A stretch of 63,514 nt of DNA, filler included, from Choristocarpus tenellus KU-1152 (lineage: Eukaryota > Protista > Phaeophyceae): NCBI GenBank assembly GCA_964200185.2. It is 10 parts of 10 records of this genome, joined end to end, with 100 filler letters (N's around TTAATTAATTAA, not from the genome) between each part and the next. Parts side by side here need not be neighbours in the genome. Positions count along the whole stretch, not along the records: positions 25,821 to 33,021 come from CAXNAD020006548.1; positions 33,122 to 38,042 come from CAXNAD020012531.1; positions 38,143 to 50,301 come from CAXNAD020001946.1; 7 more parts are not named here. One strand, given 5' to 3'. A program made the translations under genes and the position numbers. The notes below the pieces were generated by a model. That model was not told the origin of the DNA and made no database searches. It saw only the letters and a program-made list of their open reading frames with translations. Each line of letters begins with the position of its first letter. The first letter of the stretch is position 1. Shown one piece after another: positions 26,216 to 38,349 of this stretch.

Positions 26216-29200
26216 CTGGACCCTTCCTTTTTTATTTTCTCTCGCTCTGCAATGCCTGTAGTAGTCTTGACCATGTTTTGCCACTGCTTTTGAAATCTTG
26301 CCTTCAAAATTTCTCGCCACCACCTCTGCAGAACCGTTGCCTGGAAGAGTTTGGGAGGCAAAACAGCATAGATTGGTGGGAATAAGAGGGATCAATGAGA
26401 GCAGGAAAGCAAACAACAGCCCGTGTGTGTGTGTGTGTGTGTGGCATACCCTCCGCTTGTTAATCCATTATACGGTGGCCTGATGAGGGAAAAACTGCTT
26501 GTGTGGAGTGATGCTCGGAAGTGATTGCTGTAACACGTTCTGATAAGGTATCGACGGTTTGTTGTGTACCTGCATGAAGAGCATAACTCTCCTGGATAAT
26601 TCGTGGGTAGGCACATGGGCTCAAAAGAGCACACTGACCGTATCTCCCTTTTGTTCAGCACAATCAAAAGTACCTTCTGTACTGCGTGAGAGCTCGTGCT
26701 TGCAGACATCAAAAGAACTGCAACTCCTCTTGATAAATTCAATGAACAGCAGCATCTTGTCTTCCCATGTTATCTATCCTGGAAGGGATGTTCCATGTGT
26801 GTTTACAAGTACTTCATAGTAGTAGCAATGAGCAGTATGAGTCTCGCGGCCCATAAGGATTCCTTTACTCATTCAGACATCATCTCATGTCCAGATAGCT
26901 CTTCGCCCGTGAGAACATTCCCTAACACCGAGCTTGCAATAAATATGTTACACTCTTCAGGAAAACCACATTCCCTGTCCTAATTGATCAGCAACAAGCT
27001 TTGACCAACCTGTGTTTCTTTGAAATATCTCTGCCTCAATGCTGCTCTCCTCAACAAGTCCCTGGTCCTCGTGTTGTAGCCCACAAAAGCATCTCGCCTC
27101 TCAATCTCGAGCAGAAGCTGTTGAGATGGATGATTGTGAGTCCTTCCGGGGCAAACTTTCCCAAAAAAAATAGCGTTGGCAAGGGGTTACCTTTGTTCTT
27201 CCGTTGGCAAGTAAGGACTCAAATTATCTTAGAGGGGTAGAGCTGCGTCCGTTTGGGGGCCAAAATCCAATGTTGCGATTTTGATATAGTTTTGGCTATC
27301 GGGTTTGTTAGGAAGTGTCAATATCCTTGTTCCGGACTCACATTTTCAAAACATATACTACATTTTACGTACTCTAAATATCTCAAAGTAGGTAAAATGC
27401 CATAAAGAAATAGTGGGAAGTCAAGCCCCAAACGGACAAACAGGGAAAAACTCGTACCCTCTGAGATACTCTTACTCACAGTCAATTCCTTGTTCTTGCT
27501 ATTGCACACCTAATGAGTATCCCAAGACTACATTTTGTGCAAGAGTATTGAAGGGGGAAGAACTGGGAACTGCAGTAGCATACAACTTCTTGTCTTAGCT
27601 GTGTATGCTTACTTTATCTATGACCTACCACAATTGCCTTTCATCTTCCCCTTGTCAGTTAGATTAAGGGAGGGGGTAAGGATTAGAGTTACACAATGAG
27701 GGTGATTGAAATCTATGCGCCCTGCGCTTGACTGTCAGCTTACCTTCTTGACACAGAGGCTATTGGTCATTCCAAGTAGCTGAAAGTCTTCTGGTTCAAA
27801 TGTCATGAACAGGGCACCATCCACATTGAAGTGGTGAAACTTGGCTGCATACCGCCGTAACCCACACCGCCGAATAAAGACAACTGTCTGGGAAGAGGAC
27901 GGCAATTCAGGTATAATTCATTTTTAGGGGAAGATACTGGCTCTTGAAAGGAGAAGGGGTGAATTGGGCCTTCACCCACAGCATGAGAGTACAAGTTGTG
28001 TTGACAACTGATTCAGAGTATCTTAGAGGGTAGGGCCGCATCCATTTGGTGGGCAAAGTCCAACTTTACAATTCTGATGTAATTTTGACTATCATGTTCG
28101 TTAGTAGATGTCAATATCCTTGCTCCGTACACTTCTGTTCATAACATACACATTTTACCTACTCCGAAACATTTTGGAGTAGCTAAAGTGTCGTTACATA
28201 CCCATGGGAAGTCAAGCCCCAAATGGACAAACAGGGCAAAATTCGTACCCTCTAAGATACGTTCACTCAACTAGAAAATTACTTTTTCCCAGATACACAA
28301 TTCCACACACGACATCAAATTCACAAGGAAGTCGAAGAGGCCCACTATCAACAATAACACACACATACAACCTAGCATAAGTTGGCTCCATGGATTCATT
28401 CTTTGTTATGGCATCCAGGTTCTGAATAGAAACTCCAACCTACCTACGACATGTCTCTCCTTCCAACCCAAGCCCTGATCCTGATGCTTCCCCAACAAAC
28501 CAGATGCGTGTTTCTAGCCCCAAAACCTAACATCCAACCCTCGCCTTTGACCTTGGCCGATCTTTCATTGTGCTGACAAGGTGAAGAGGCACAAGCAAGA
28601 GCCACACACCAACCCAACAGGTAATGGCATGCCCCATTGAAGGGCTGGAGCTACATTTTCATTATACCTCCTCCACACCCCACTGGAGCATGTCCTGAGG
28701 ATCCCAGCGCTCTCGTCCAAGCAATGATGGTTTTTTGGGGCTGTTTTCACCTGTTCTATTGTTGCAGTAGAGTTCGCCGCCAGTAATGGGATCACGTTGC
28801 AATGAGTACACCTGCTTCCATACAAAACCAATCATATAAATCAGGACACTTGATCAAAAATCGTCGTTGACTGAGGAAAGTGTTTCTCTGTGTTGTAGTT
28901 TGTGGAGGTAGAAACTTCTGGCAAAGCTCTTTCCATTGGCCCCAACCACCTCCAGAAGTACCCAATCAATGTATCAAGTCATGGTTTTGCACGGGTTTTT
29001 TGCCCCCTGTAGGAGTGGGAGGAGTTTCCAATGAATTGCAACTCTTCAGGATGTAGAACCAAAATTGAGAGAGGGAAGTTGTACCAACCATTACTATCAT
29101 TGTAGACGAACCTAATTTATTGCTAGACCCAAAGCACTTAAGAGGGTAGGGCTGCTTCCTTTTGGGACCATAAATCCAATGTTGCAACATGATGAATTTT

Positions 29201-32200
29201 AGCTATCATATCTGTTAGCAAGTTTCAATACCCTTGCTCCAGACACACCTTTCATAGTCGTGTACATTTTAGGGTTAGGGTTAGTGTTTACACATAAAAC
29301 CGAAAAAGGGCAAAAAAACCCGGTGGGAAGTCAAGCCCCGAATGGACAAACAGGGCAAAACTCCTACCCTCTTCAAGGCTTCGAGTCCTAGATAGGCATT
29401 TGTTGTTGTCCAATGGTTAGTTTCATGTGTCAGACATTCCTTGGGTTTGATTCTCAAAAAAGCGCACAAAGATATTGCAGTTGGTGCATTTTTGCACACA
29501 TCACAAGCAAACAGGAGTACAACAAAATAAGGTATAATGTCCTAGGACCTGGAAATACTATCATTGTTAGATGCATCCTATGCGACATGTGCTACCGGTT
29601 TGTAAAGGGTCCAAGCGAGGACTCATTGCCAAAATCGTCTTGGAGTGATGTATATTAAAAAATCAGATGCCAAATTTGTATAGGATGTGGAAGTGTGCTA
29701 AGCATTTACTCCTTTAAGCCCTACAAAATGCAGGCATGGTAAATCTGACACATGGGAAATCTCAACCGTTGTAGTCAAAACCAAACACAAACACTATCAC
29801 TAACCCCAACCCTAACACTAACCTTAAACCCCAACCCTGACACTAACTCTAACCCCAATCCTAACCCTGTTGCCAGCAATATTTTCTGTTCTGCTTAGCC
29901 CAAAATAATTATGTGCATTCTTCACAACATTGGAGTGTTTCTTCATGCCTGGCATCTTTATTGTAGGCAAGGGACACATAGGAGATCATTCCGCCCTCTT
30001 CTACCCCCTTTAACTCTTGCAATAATCACTCATGGGACTAGGCATGAACATGTACTTTCTACCTTTTATGTAGTATAGGCTTTAATGCCAGGGATCCCCA
30101 CCTGACGAATAATATTTCGGATGTCTCTCATGCCAACTGCCGATCGCCACATGTTCTGGATCCTCAGGGCAGCCAGGTCATCCGTGACTAATGGGCGCCA
30201 CACCCATGGTCCGCCAATTAGTTTGCATGGCTGGGACCATCTTGCCTTCTGAGGTAATATGAGCGGACTCTTGCCATGGTAGAAATAGTAAAATCTCTTC
30301 TCCTTTATTGGGGTTTGACGGCAAACAGGAATAGGGGTTGTCGTTGTGATTTATGGAGTCTTGTCACATACGATTGTGAGGTATTACACGAAGTATCCTA
30401 AGGCTTTGATATTATTGCCTGAAATACAACTGGGAGAAAGGATAGATTTACCCCGAGACGGTTTTGCGCAGTTTGTAGATGCATTATTGCTGTGGCCATC
30501 AATCACTTGGATGCTCAGAAAGTGGAGAGATGTATGTGTATCCTCCTGTGCTTCTTGAGGTCTGAATGGATTGGCATAAAATTACTCTGCATATGCTCAA
30601 AGCAACCATCGTAATAGATTGGACTATCCTTGTCTTTGTTCGAGACACCCTACCTGCACACCTGTGGCGAGTACACCCGGGACCACTGCTTGCGCATCAG
30701 ATTCCTGACAAACTCTCGAGCTCTGAGATTTCGAAGGAGCTGCTGGATTTTAAACGCTGCCTGGTCTTCAGATAAGAATGGTCTGAGCTCCTCATTCCCT
30801 AGGAGAAGAGGTTTATTCCAGGAAACCTTGACACATGGGTGAAGGATAAGGGCATTGTCTGTGGAGGAATCTAACTACATGGTAACTTCTATTTTTGCTT
30901 GGACAAACAAGAGATTTTGACAACAGCTTAGAAGGGGGATACCAAAGTGCTAGCAACTGAATGACTTCCCCCTGTCTGTTATTTACTTCACACATTTTGC
31001 AAGGGTTAGAGGGCTATATCATACCCCTTGCTAAGAGACCGTGACATAACTGCACCTCAACATGATAGCTATCGAAACAAAAAGTTTGACATCACTTGAG
31101 GGACCTTGTATATCAAGAAAGAGAACTATTCTGAGCACTGATTACTGTACTAAATGAGTGCAGTGATGATCCTTCTAGGTGACCCAACTGTTCCCTTGTC
31201 TTGATACATTTCAAAGACAAAAAATCCTCGCTGTCCTTCCCTGAAGCCCCTTGGAAAATTTCGGGGGTCTGTTATCTCTAGTATCCTTGTTTTTTTGAGG
31301 GATCAAGATTTGCGTACAAACATACTGTTGTGTTAACTTCGAAGTACCTAGTAATACGAAGTGAAAGGTAACCATTTTGTGCTCGCTCGACTTTGTATTG
31401 AGAGGCAAGTGAAGAAGCTGGACTCTACATCAACATGAAGACCATCATCATTGATGACGTCAACCCTTCTTTGTCACTATTTTATGATGCAGCCTATTAT
31501 ACTCTCCTCTAATAAGCAACTACTACTGCTAAATGTGAATTGCCACTCAGATATTGACGTGAAAGGAGAAAACACTAGATCGCCAGGTCAGTCCTAACCT
31601 CCTGAGTTCGATTAAAGCAGTAGAAGTGGAATCTGGACCTTCCATCAAAGAAGCGAGAGTATTGCCTTCGAACTTCATCTCTCATGACCCGGCGATGAAA
31701 TACAAAGCGGAAGAACCCCTGCACTTTGAATGCCGCCTTTGGCAAATCCAGTGACGAAACCTGAATAAGGAGAGGAGGTAACCAAAGGAATAATGTGATC
31801 CATTAATCTGTATGAAGGCCTCTAGGGAGATTGCAGCCTTCGTACAATGCCTAAGAACGAATCACTACTTACAGAGGGCGAATGGGTGCAACTCCGTGTC
31901 ATCAATTTAATTCAAGGATGAAAACTGGTGTGCCAAACGGCCCCGTCATCGGAGGAGAAAAAGAATTCACGAGCGAATAGAAGCAATTCTTCGTGTTCTG
32001 TGATGTTCAAGAACCCTTCTTCGAAAATGACATATTTTGTGCATGATTGAGCCAACCCTGCTTGTATACCTTTGTTCGCTTATGCGCCTTGTACTCAGTA
32101 TTATTCTCCTGCTCGTGCCTGTAGGAGTCACAATTGTTGCACAGAAACCCGCATCGCTCATCTGGGCAATACTTGGTGGCAGGGCCTGACTCGCAAAACT

Positions 32201-32435
32201 CGCACACTGCTTGAATACGATTCAGTTGATGCAAGTTGATGAAAAAACGCAGCAGTATTAGCAGCAAATAAATACTGCAACAGTGACTCTGTCGATAGAA
32301 GACGCTAAGACAGACCTCACATTTGCCGAACTCGTACTTCACGCCGTTGACGTGAAGGCCCAGCACAATTACTTGTTTTCGATGACGACTGGAGGTCTGA
32401 CTACGCACTAACGGGGCCGGCTTTGCTCCCCCCAT
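26216..32435 (-). CDS. B-box zinc finger / IQ-motif / WW-like / SAM domain protein; exons 32435-32321, 32206-32070, 31760-31599, 30826-30662, 30302-30102, 28811-28668, 27887-27744, 27117-27010, 26340-26216 (3' end uncertain; alternative stop at 26170)
   Basis: Phase-compatible GT-AG junctions. B-box CEFCESGPATKYCPDERCGFLCNNCDSYRH..AHKR; IQ-like AAFKVQGFFR, AAFKIQQLLR, AALRIQNMWR, ATVLQRWWR; WW-like FYCFNRTQEVSWNKP, YCNNRTGENSPKKP; SAM WGVEETVVFIRRCGLRRYAAKFHHFNVDGALFMTFEPEDFQLLGM. Confidence 0.85.
27216..27477. mobile_element. MITE family B (intronic)
   Basis: Collinear with the other B copies, with TIRs. Confidence 0.85.
28010..28268. mobile_element. MITE family B (intronic)
   Basis: TIRs present; flanked by AACT on both sides. 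Confidence 0.85.
29126..29387. mobile_element. MITE family B (intronic), central palindrome replaced by TTAGGG repeats
   Basis: TIRs present; flanked by CTA on both sides. Confidence 0.85.
29798..29868. repeat. Degenerate interstitial (CCCTAA)n telomere-like tract
   Basis: Run of CCCTAA/CCCCAA/CACTAA/CTCTAA hexamers. Confidence 0.7.
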
Positions 32436-33329
32436 TGTCCTTGAGATTGATTTGTATGCGTTTGAGTTGTATGCGTTTGAGTTTCATCACTTCGCGCTTT
32501 GTGGTCTCGGAGGCCGACGCCAACACTAGGAAACGAAACCGTGAAACGGCCTGTAGGAGGATAGGAAGTTCCCACACTTTAGAACGAAGCTAACTTACTT
32601 GTAACGCCATTCGGGACAGGAAGACGGGGCAATGCATACATGGGTTGGGTCGAGCATACAAATGGGGCGCAGGTCATCGTCCCAAAGTACAATCTATGTT
32701 GACAATACTTTTTCTCTAACCTTACACATAGAACTCCATCCACGGTAACACTGGGTATTGTAGTTTTAAGTTTGATCTGTAGTATATCCACAAACAATTG
32801 TGGATAGTGGATCAGCGGATCAGTGGATCAGGCTTTATTGAGGACGATTCCGGCATTGATCATGCGGGTCTAAATCCCTTTAAACTCGGACTTCCTTGCA
32901 CGTAAATATGGTTTCGATATCCCAATCCCACCTGGCAAGAACAACGGATTGGGTATGTATCAATAAATGCTTCTAATATCGTGTCTTGGGTCAAAGTATC
33001 TTGGGGGGGGTGTCGGCGTCCNNNNNNNNNNNNNNNNNNNNNNNNNNNNNNNNNNNNNNNNNNNNTTAATTAATTAANNNNNNNNNNNNNNNNNNNNNNN
33101 NNNNNNNNNNNNNNNNNNNNNCCCCCCCCTCCAGATACTTTGGGCCTTAAGAGGGTGGGGGGATTGCCCCGGCTTCCCATGGTTTTTTATGCATTCTTCG
33201 GTTTTCTGTGTGAACATTTTGGATTTCGGAGTAGGTGAAACGTATAGGACCATGAACGCTGTGTCCGGAGCAAGGATATTGACACTTGCTATCAAAACAT
33301 GATAGTCAAATCACAACATTGGATTTATG

Positions 33330-34455
33330 ACCCTGAACAGGCACGGCCCTTCCTTAAATGCGCTGACTCGTTCGACTCTTTCTGGACGCAATTGGCCGAC
33401 CTACCAGACGATGCAGAATAAGGAGAAAAAGTTAGCCTAAGTTCTTCACTAGCCCCAGCCTGCCACCGGAGTCTGTGTGGACAAGGAGCAAATGCATGGG
33501 CCTCCGCACAACTCCTGAAGGCAGCACGCCAGATACCTCCTATAGATTTTATAGTCACTGCCAGCAGATCTCGAGGGAGGGAGGAGGCCCTATCCAACGG
33601 GTGTGCAGTGTCTGGGTGTAGGAGGCATAATGTCGACAACTGACGTGCTCATACCTGCCCTAGGGCAGGGGGACAGGTACGCCAGGACACACCAATGGTT
33701 GAGTGTCTAGGTCAGCTCTGGAAGGGAAATGGTCATCATCCCTCGCACTATGGAGGATGGTAGCCCATTCACAGTGGACAGGAATTTCCATAAAGATGCG
33801 ATCTTCGATGCTGAGGCACATGCGGAAGCTGGATCAGCTCCCTACTGGATGTTACGTTTGCAGAAGTGCAAGCAGCCTCCCATCTACCCCATTCATCCAC
33901 CAGCAATGGCGTAGCTGCTGCGGCAGCTGAGGCGCGAAAGCGCACCCTCTAAAACAGCAGTTTTAACTTCAACACCTTCACGCTGGGAAGTTTTGGGTGC
34001 CTTGGTAGGCAAGCAGAAAGTCTTCTGAATGAGTTGGCTACACACGCAATCGGGGGGAGAGGGTGGGAGGTTACAACAGGAAAAGGGGTGTCATTCCCCT
34101 TTACAACAGATAGTGTCTGTCACCATACAAGTGGCTCTCTCAAGAAATGTCATGTATTCTAAGCTGGAGACACTATGGGGTCTGTCAGATTATTGGGATG
34201 CTTCCCCAGCTCCTCGCCCAGTTGTGTAGGGCTAAGTTCGGTTGGAGGCATTGCTGCAGTGTACACAGAACATTGCAAATACGACCTTTTAAGGGAGTCT
34301 TGTAGTATAGCTGGTACTCAAATAGTAAATTGATTTTGGAGAGATATCTTTCACATTTGTGACAACCGTCACTTTACTGGGGTCCCTCTGATATTGGTTT
34401 GGCTTATTCCCTGACACATCTGTAAAATTTCATAGGGCATAATAACATATTAGAA
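33330..34455 (+). mobile_element. CRE-like non-LTR retrotransposon 3' relic (zinc knuckle, RLE, 3' UTR stem-loop)
   Basis: Overlaps in homology with both 24590-25720 and 281-1030, and ends in the shared CCCTGACACATCTG... tail motif. Confidence 0.65.
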
Positions 34456-36561
34456 TTTAGTAGTTTAGTGTTGTTGAAGTACAAAGAAGAGGCGAGACGT
34501 AGGGAGAAATAATGTAGGATAAAGGACCAGTTGTCGGTATGAGACACATAAGTGCATATTGTATAACGTAACATATTATAGCGGTCGAAAGTCAACAGCA
34601 AAAAGTTCTCGAAATGATTATTTCCTCTACCTACCAAGACAGTAGACATTTTTCAAGAGTGCATTCTGAACAATGCCCTTGCTGCATAGCGATTCTTATC
34701 TCTCATTTCTTTGACCTCCTTGGAGTGGTGGGGACAGTTCCATCACAGGTACTCCAATCAACTGCGATATGTTATTTATGGGTAGGAAGAAACCATGCAA
34801 ACAGGTGCGCTTCAATGCCATGACAGCATATGTATGACGACCATTCTTCGCACAAGTTCTTTGGGCATCTCCACCTGCCATTTCTCTGTTGATTGGGAAA
34901 GGTTCTGTAACAGATTGAGTGCGGTATTTGTTACAGGCGAATAGCGCAAGCATTTCTTCTTGTGTTCCAACAAAGCGCGAGCACTTTTTAAAACACGAAT
35001 AGCGCAAGCATTTCTTCTCATGTTTTAGCAAACACGAACATTTGCGACAGGCGAACAGTGCGATGATTGTTTCTCGCGCTGTAACAAGTGCGAAAAATAT
35101 ACGATATTAGTAACACATAGGTAGCCTTACAGAATAAGAGTTGATTTGGTAGAAGATACAAAGTAAGATTCGTAATGCATACATAACATTACAGCAGAAA
35201 ATGTCAAAGTCCCTAAGAAGTTGCAGAATAAAGGTCTATGATTGGAGTACCTATAGAGCAGTTGATAGAAGCAGAAATTGGGTGGGTGATGAAAATAATA
35301 AGAGGGCTTTTGGTCAATCCATCACCCCACTTACGCACTAGTCTTTATCATTTTCTTGAACGAAACTTTGAGACGAGCTTTGAGCTAAGCACTGAGTGGA
35401 ATATCAAGAGAGAAGGACACCTGACACTACAAACTGTTATAAAGGGGCAACGCCCCCATAGCGTCGTTTTAAGGCCGTTGGATTTGAGTTGTACATTCTG
35501 TGGAGGTGAGTTCTGAGGGGCGCCTGTAACATGAAGGTCCTACCGAGACTTCCACCCTGTAACATATTGACCACCTCTCATACTGTCTAAAAAACAACAC
35601 AATTTAAGGGGGAAGTAGTTCATAACTTGAACAATGGAGAACAATGCTCAGCTCAATGCCAAAATTATTCTGGTATATAATCAAGATGCTATTCCAACAC
35701 TGTGGCTATCCCAGGATAAGATTGACAACTAATACATTGGATTTCCTCGTCCCAAACGAAAATGGTTCTGCAGTAGTCACACTGTCAAATTCGACAGCGA
35801 ATGATCTTTATCAAAACCATAATACACCGAGCTTTCTATGGACAATGTGGAGACATGAAATCTGGGGTACATTTCCTGACTTTCACGCTCTGGAGTTGCT
35901 GCATGCATGCTCTGGAGTATATGTATCCCACGTCAAGTGACTATCTCTGCCTATAATCGAATATTCAACGATGCTACAAGGTTTCCACCCTCCAAGTGGC
36001 TCGGAAACCTAACCTTTGCCTCACGGATACAAATTTCGAAAAACGACCAGAAGATAGTTGGCACACTTGCTGGGCCCAAACTCGGCTATGCAACATATGG
36101 GGAGACCTCCGAAGCAACCCCAACAAAGTACCAAATTTCATACACGCTACTTTTCCAAGACAGCTGAAAGTTCCAGGATGTCAATACCGTTTCACACAAG
36201 TATGCACCTTTCACGCCCTCCATCGTACTTGCCAGTGTTGAGAACAATCAAAATTTTACACCTGGTGACTTATCACCCCCTTCCTTGGGGCTTAAAAAAT
36301 GATCATCATCAGCAGGACTGCCACCCATTTGTGGTATATACTATATAAATGTACAATTCACCAAGTCCTTCCGCCATGTGCATCCCGATGTTTCTCGTTC
36401 GTGGAAATGATGAATGGGAGTGCACCCTTAAGAAACGTATTGATCTAGGAAGACGATCTATTTCGGAAACAGTGATTATGTAGGGTTGTGAGAGTTGTCA
36501 GAAAGTGTTTTGTGTTTTGTGTTTTGTGGTGTTACCACTTTGTGTGAAAGGGAACGATATA

Positions 36562-36906
36562 CTCCCTCTGTCCCATATGTCTCTTCCTTTATGCATGTAA
36601 TTCTTCAGGATGACCTCCGATTTCAAAACGGATTGGGTTAGGGTTAGTTGATGCTTTTTTCAAGAGAATACCTTCCCTAGCTTTCACTCAACGCTGTCAA
36701 TCCATCAATTCACCGCCTTCTTGTAGGCCTATGCTCGCCTAACCTTTGTACCATATTTTCAAAACAATCTAGGGATATATTTTTTCAAATACAACTCATC
36801 TTACGTAAAACTTTCCGAGGAATCCAACACAAATATCCTTTTTTAAATCGGAGGTCATCCCGAATAGGTACATGTATAAAGGAACAGATATATGGAACAG
36901 AGGGAG
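36562..36906. mobile_element. Stowaway-like (Tc1/mariner) MITE; partial inverted copy from 37823 to ~37945
   Basis: TA-CTCCCTCTGT ... ACAGAGGGAG-TA, with ~70-bp imperfect TIRs and a TA target-site duplication. Confidence 0.92.
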
Positions 36907-37299
36907 TAAATAGCTTTTCAGTGGAGAGTATGATATTGGATCACATGGTCAAGAGGTTTTATCCCACCTTCGGTGTCATTTCCTTGATATTCATCATGGT
37001 TGAAGGGTGGAGGTTATTCCCTGATGAATTTTGCACGGTTCGAACCCAATTGAACACCCTTCCCAGATCTCGGCTGATTCGAAGTACTAGCCACACAAGT
37101 ACATCACACACAACAACACCTCATAAGTATGTTTGAAACTACACTCCTATGCTACTACACCCTTGTCTCTCCTCCACACAGACTTGTGTATATTACTGTG
37201 GGAGTCTGGTTATTACCACATAATATATAATATATAGGTTGGATTCTGTTTGACGTTTTCTCAATGATAATAATATCCTAACCAAATCATATTATATTA

Positions 37300-37820
37300 T
37301 TTCCACTTCAATGTTCACCACTGATGAAGTGACTATGATGATCCGCAACACTCTTCACAAGGTTGGGTTGTACTTGATATTAATCGTTTGATCAAAACAA
37401 TGTGAAGTAGCTGCTATTATGGTACAACAACAGTTACCACACTTGCAAACTTGAAAATATAGCAACAGGAGAGATTGAAACAGAACTCAAGCAATGCGCT
37501 AATTACTACAACCCCATATTATATCCACGGAATATATATATATATATAAATATACACGATCCTGACCCCAAACCACCACAACCCTAACCCCCCTCAAAAT
37601 ATCAAGAGATAGTACAAAAGGACTGTATAAATATACTTACCTCTATTTGTTCATGAGGGCAATCTTGAGGTATAAAAAATGCTTCGTCATCAATTAATCC
37701 TTCTTTTTGGTCAATAATTCTCAATGACTCTTTATCTTATGTCCACAACTGACTCTTTTTCCTAACCATTTCTTCCTACCTCTTACATTGCATGTATTTT
37801 ATACAAGGCACAATACCAAT
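37300..37820 (-). mobile_element. Second copia RNase H C-terminal relic, interrupted by a 230-nt GT-AG segment (37640-37411)
   Basis: Reverse complement aligns by eye with 18165-18425 on both sides of the insertion. Confidence 0.55.
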
Positions 37821-38349
37821 TACTCCCTCTGTCCCATTAGTCTGTTCCTTGCATGTACCTCTTCGGGATGACCTCCGTTTTCAAAACGGATTTTTGCGAT
37901 GGATTCCTCGGAAAAGTTTACGTAAGACGAGTAACATTTGAAGAGTATAGGAAGGTTTGGACTGTGTTGAAACATAGGCTAGTCATTGTTAAAACATAGG
38001 CTACTCATTTGTTTCCTGTTGATATGGTACACATTACTACCANNNNNNNNNNNNNNNNNNNNNNNNNNNNNNNNNNNNNNNNNNNNTTAATTAATTAANN
38101 NNNNNNNNNNNNNNNNNNNNNNNNNNNNNNNNNNNNNNNNNNCCCCCAAATGGACGCGGCTCTACCCTCTAAGATACTTTGGCTCATTACCACAAGAATG
38201 GTGTGTAAAAAGGTGCAGCAAAGTCTACGAAAAAAATCTCAATGCACAACAGTATTTACTCGTTTAGTTTCACCTGAAAAAAAACATCTAGAAAACAAGA
38301 GTGCAGTTTCCTCTCAAATCATGGTCCATTCTCAATAAGTAAAGTCATT

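Noticed and set aside
30100-31000. First read as a gypsy integrase relic
   Set aside because: Explained better as two clean in-phase exons (IQ/WW-like) of the B-box/SAM gene.
32988-33146. MITE A halves across a spacer suggesting true contig adjacency (also 54868-55073)
   Set aside because: Flanks do not form matching TSDs (CTT/TTA; TCT/TTT), and the family is abundant.
35200-36450. Possible LINE RT/RNase H remnants (similar decayed regions at 1140-2100, 11000-13130, 41550-42200, 42700-44150, 44700-45450)
   Set aside because: Too degenerate to assign without a profile search.
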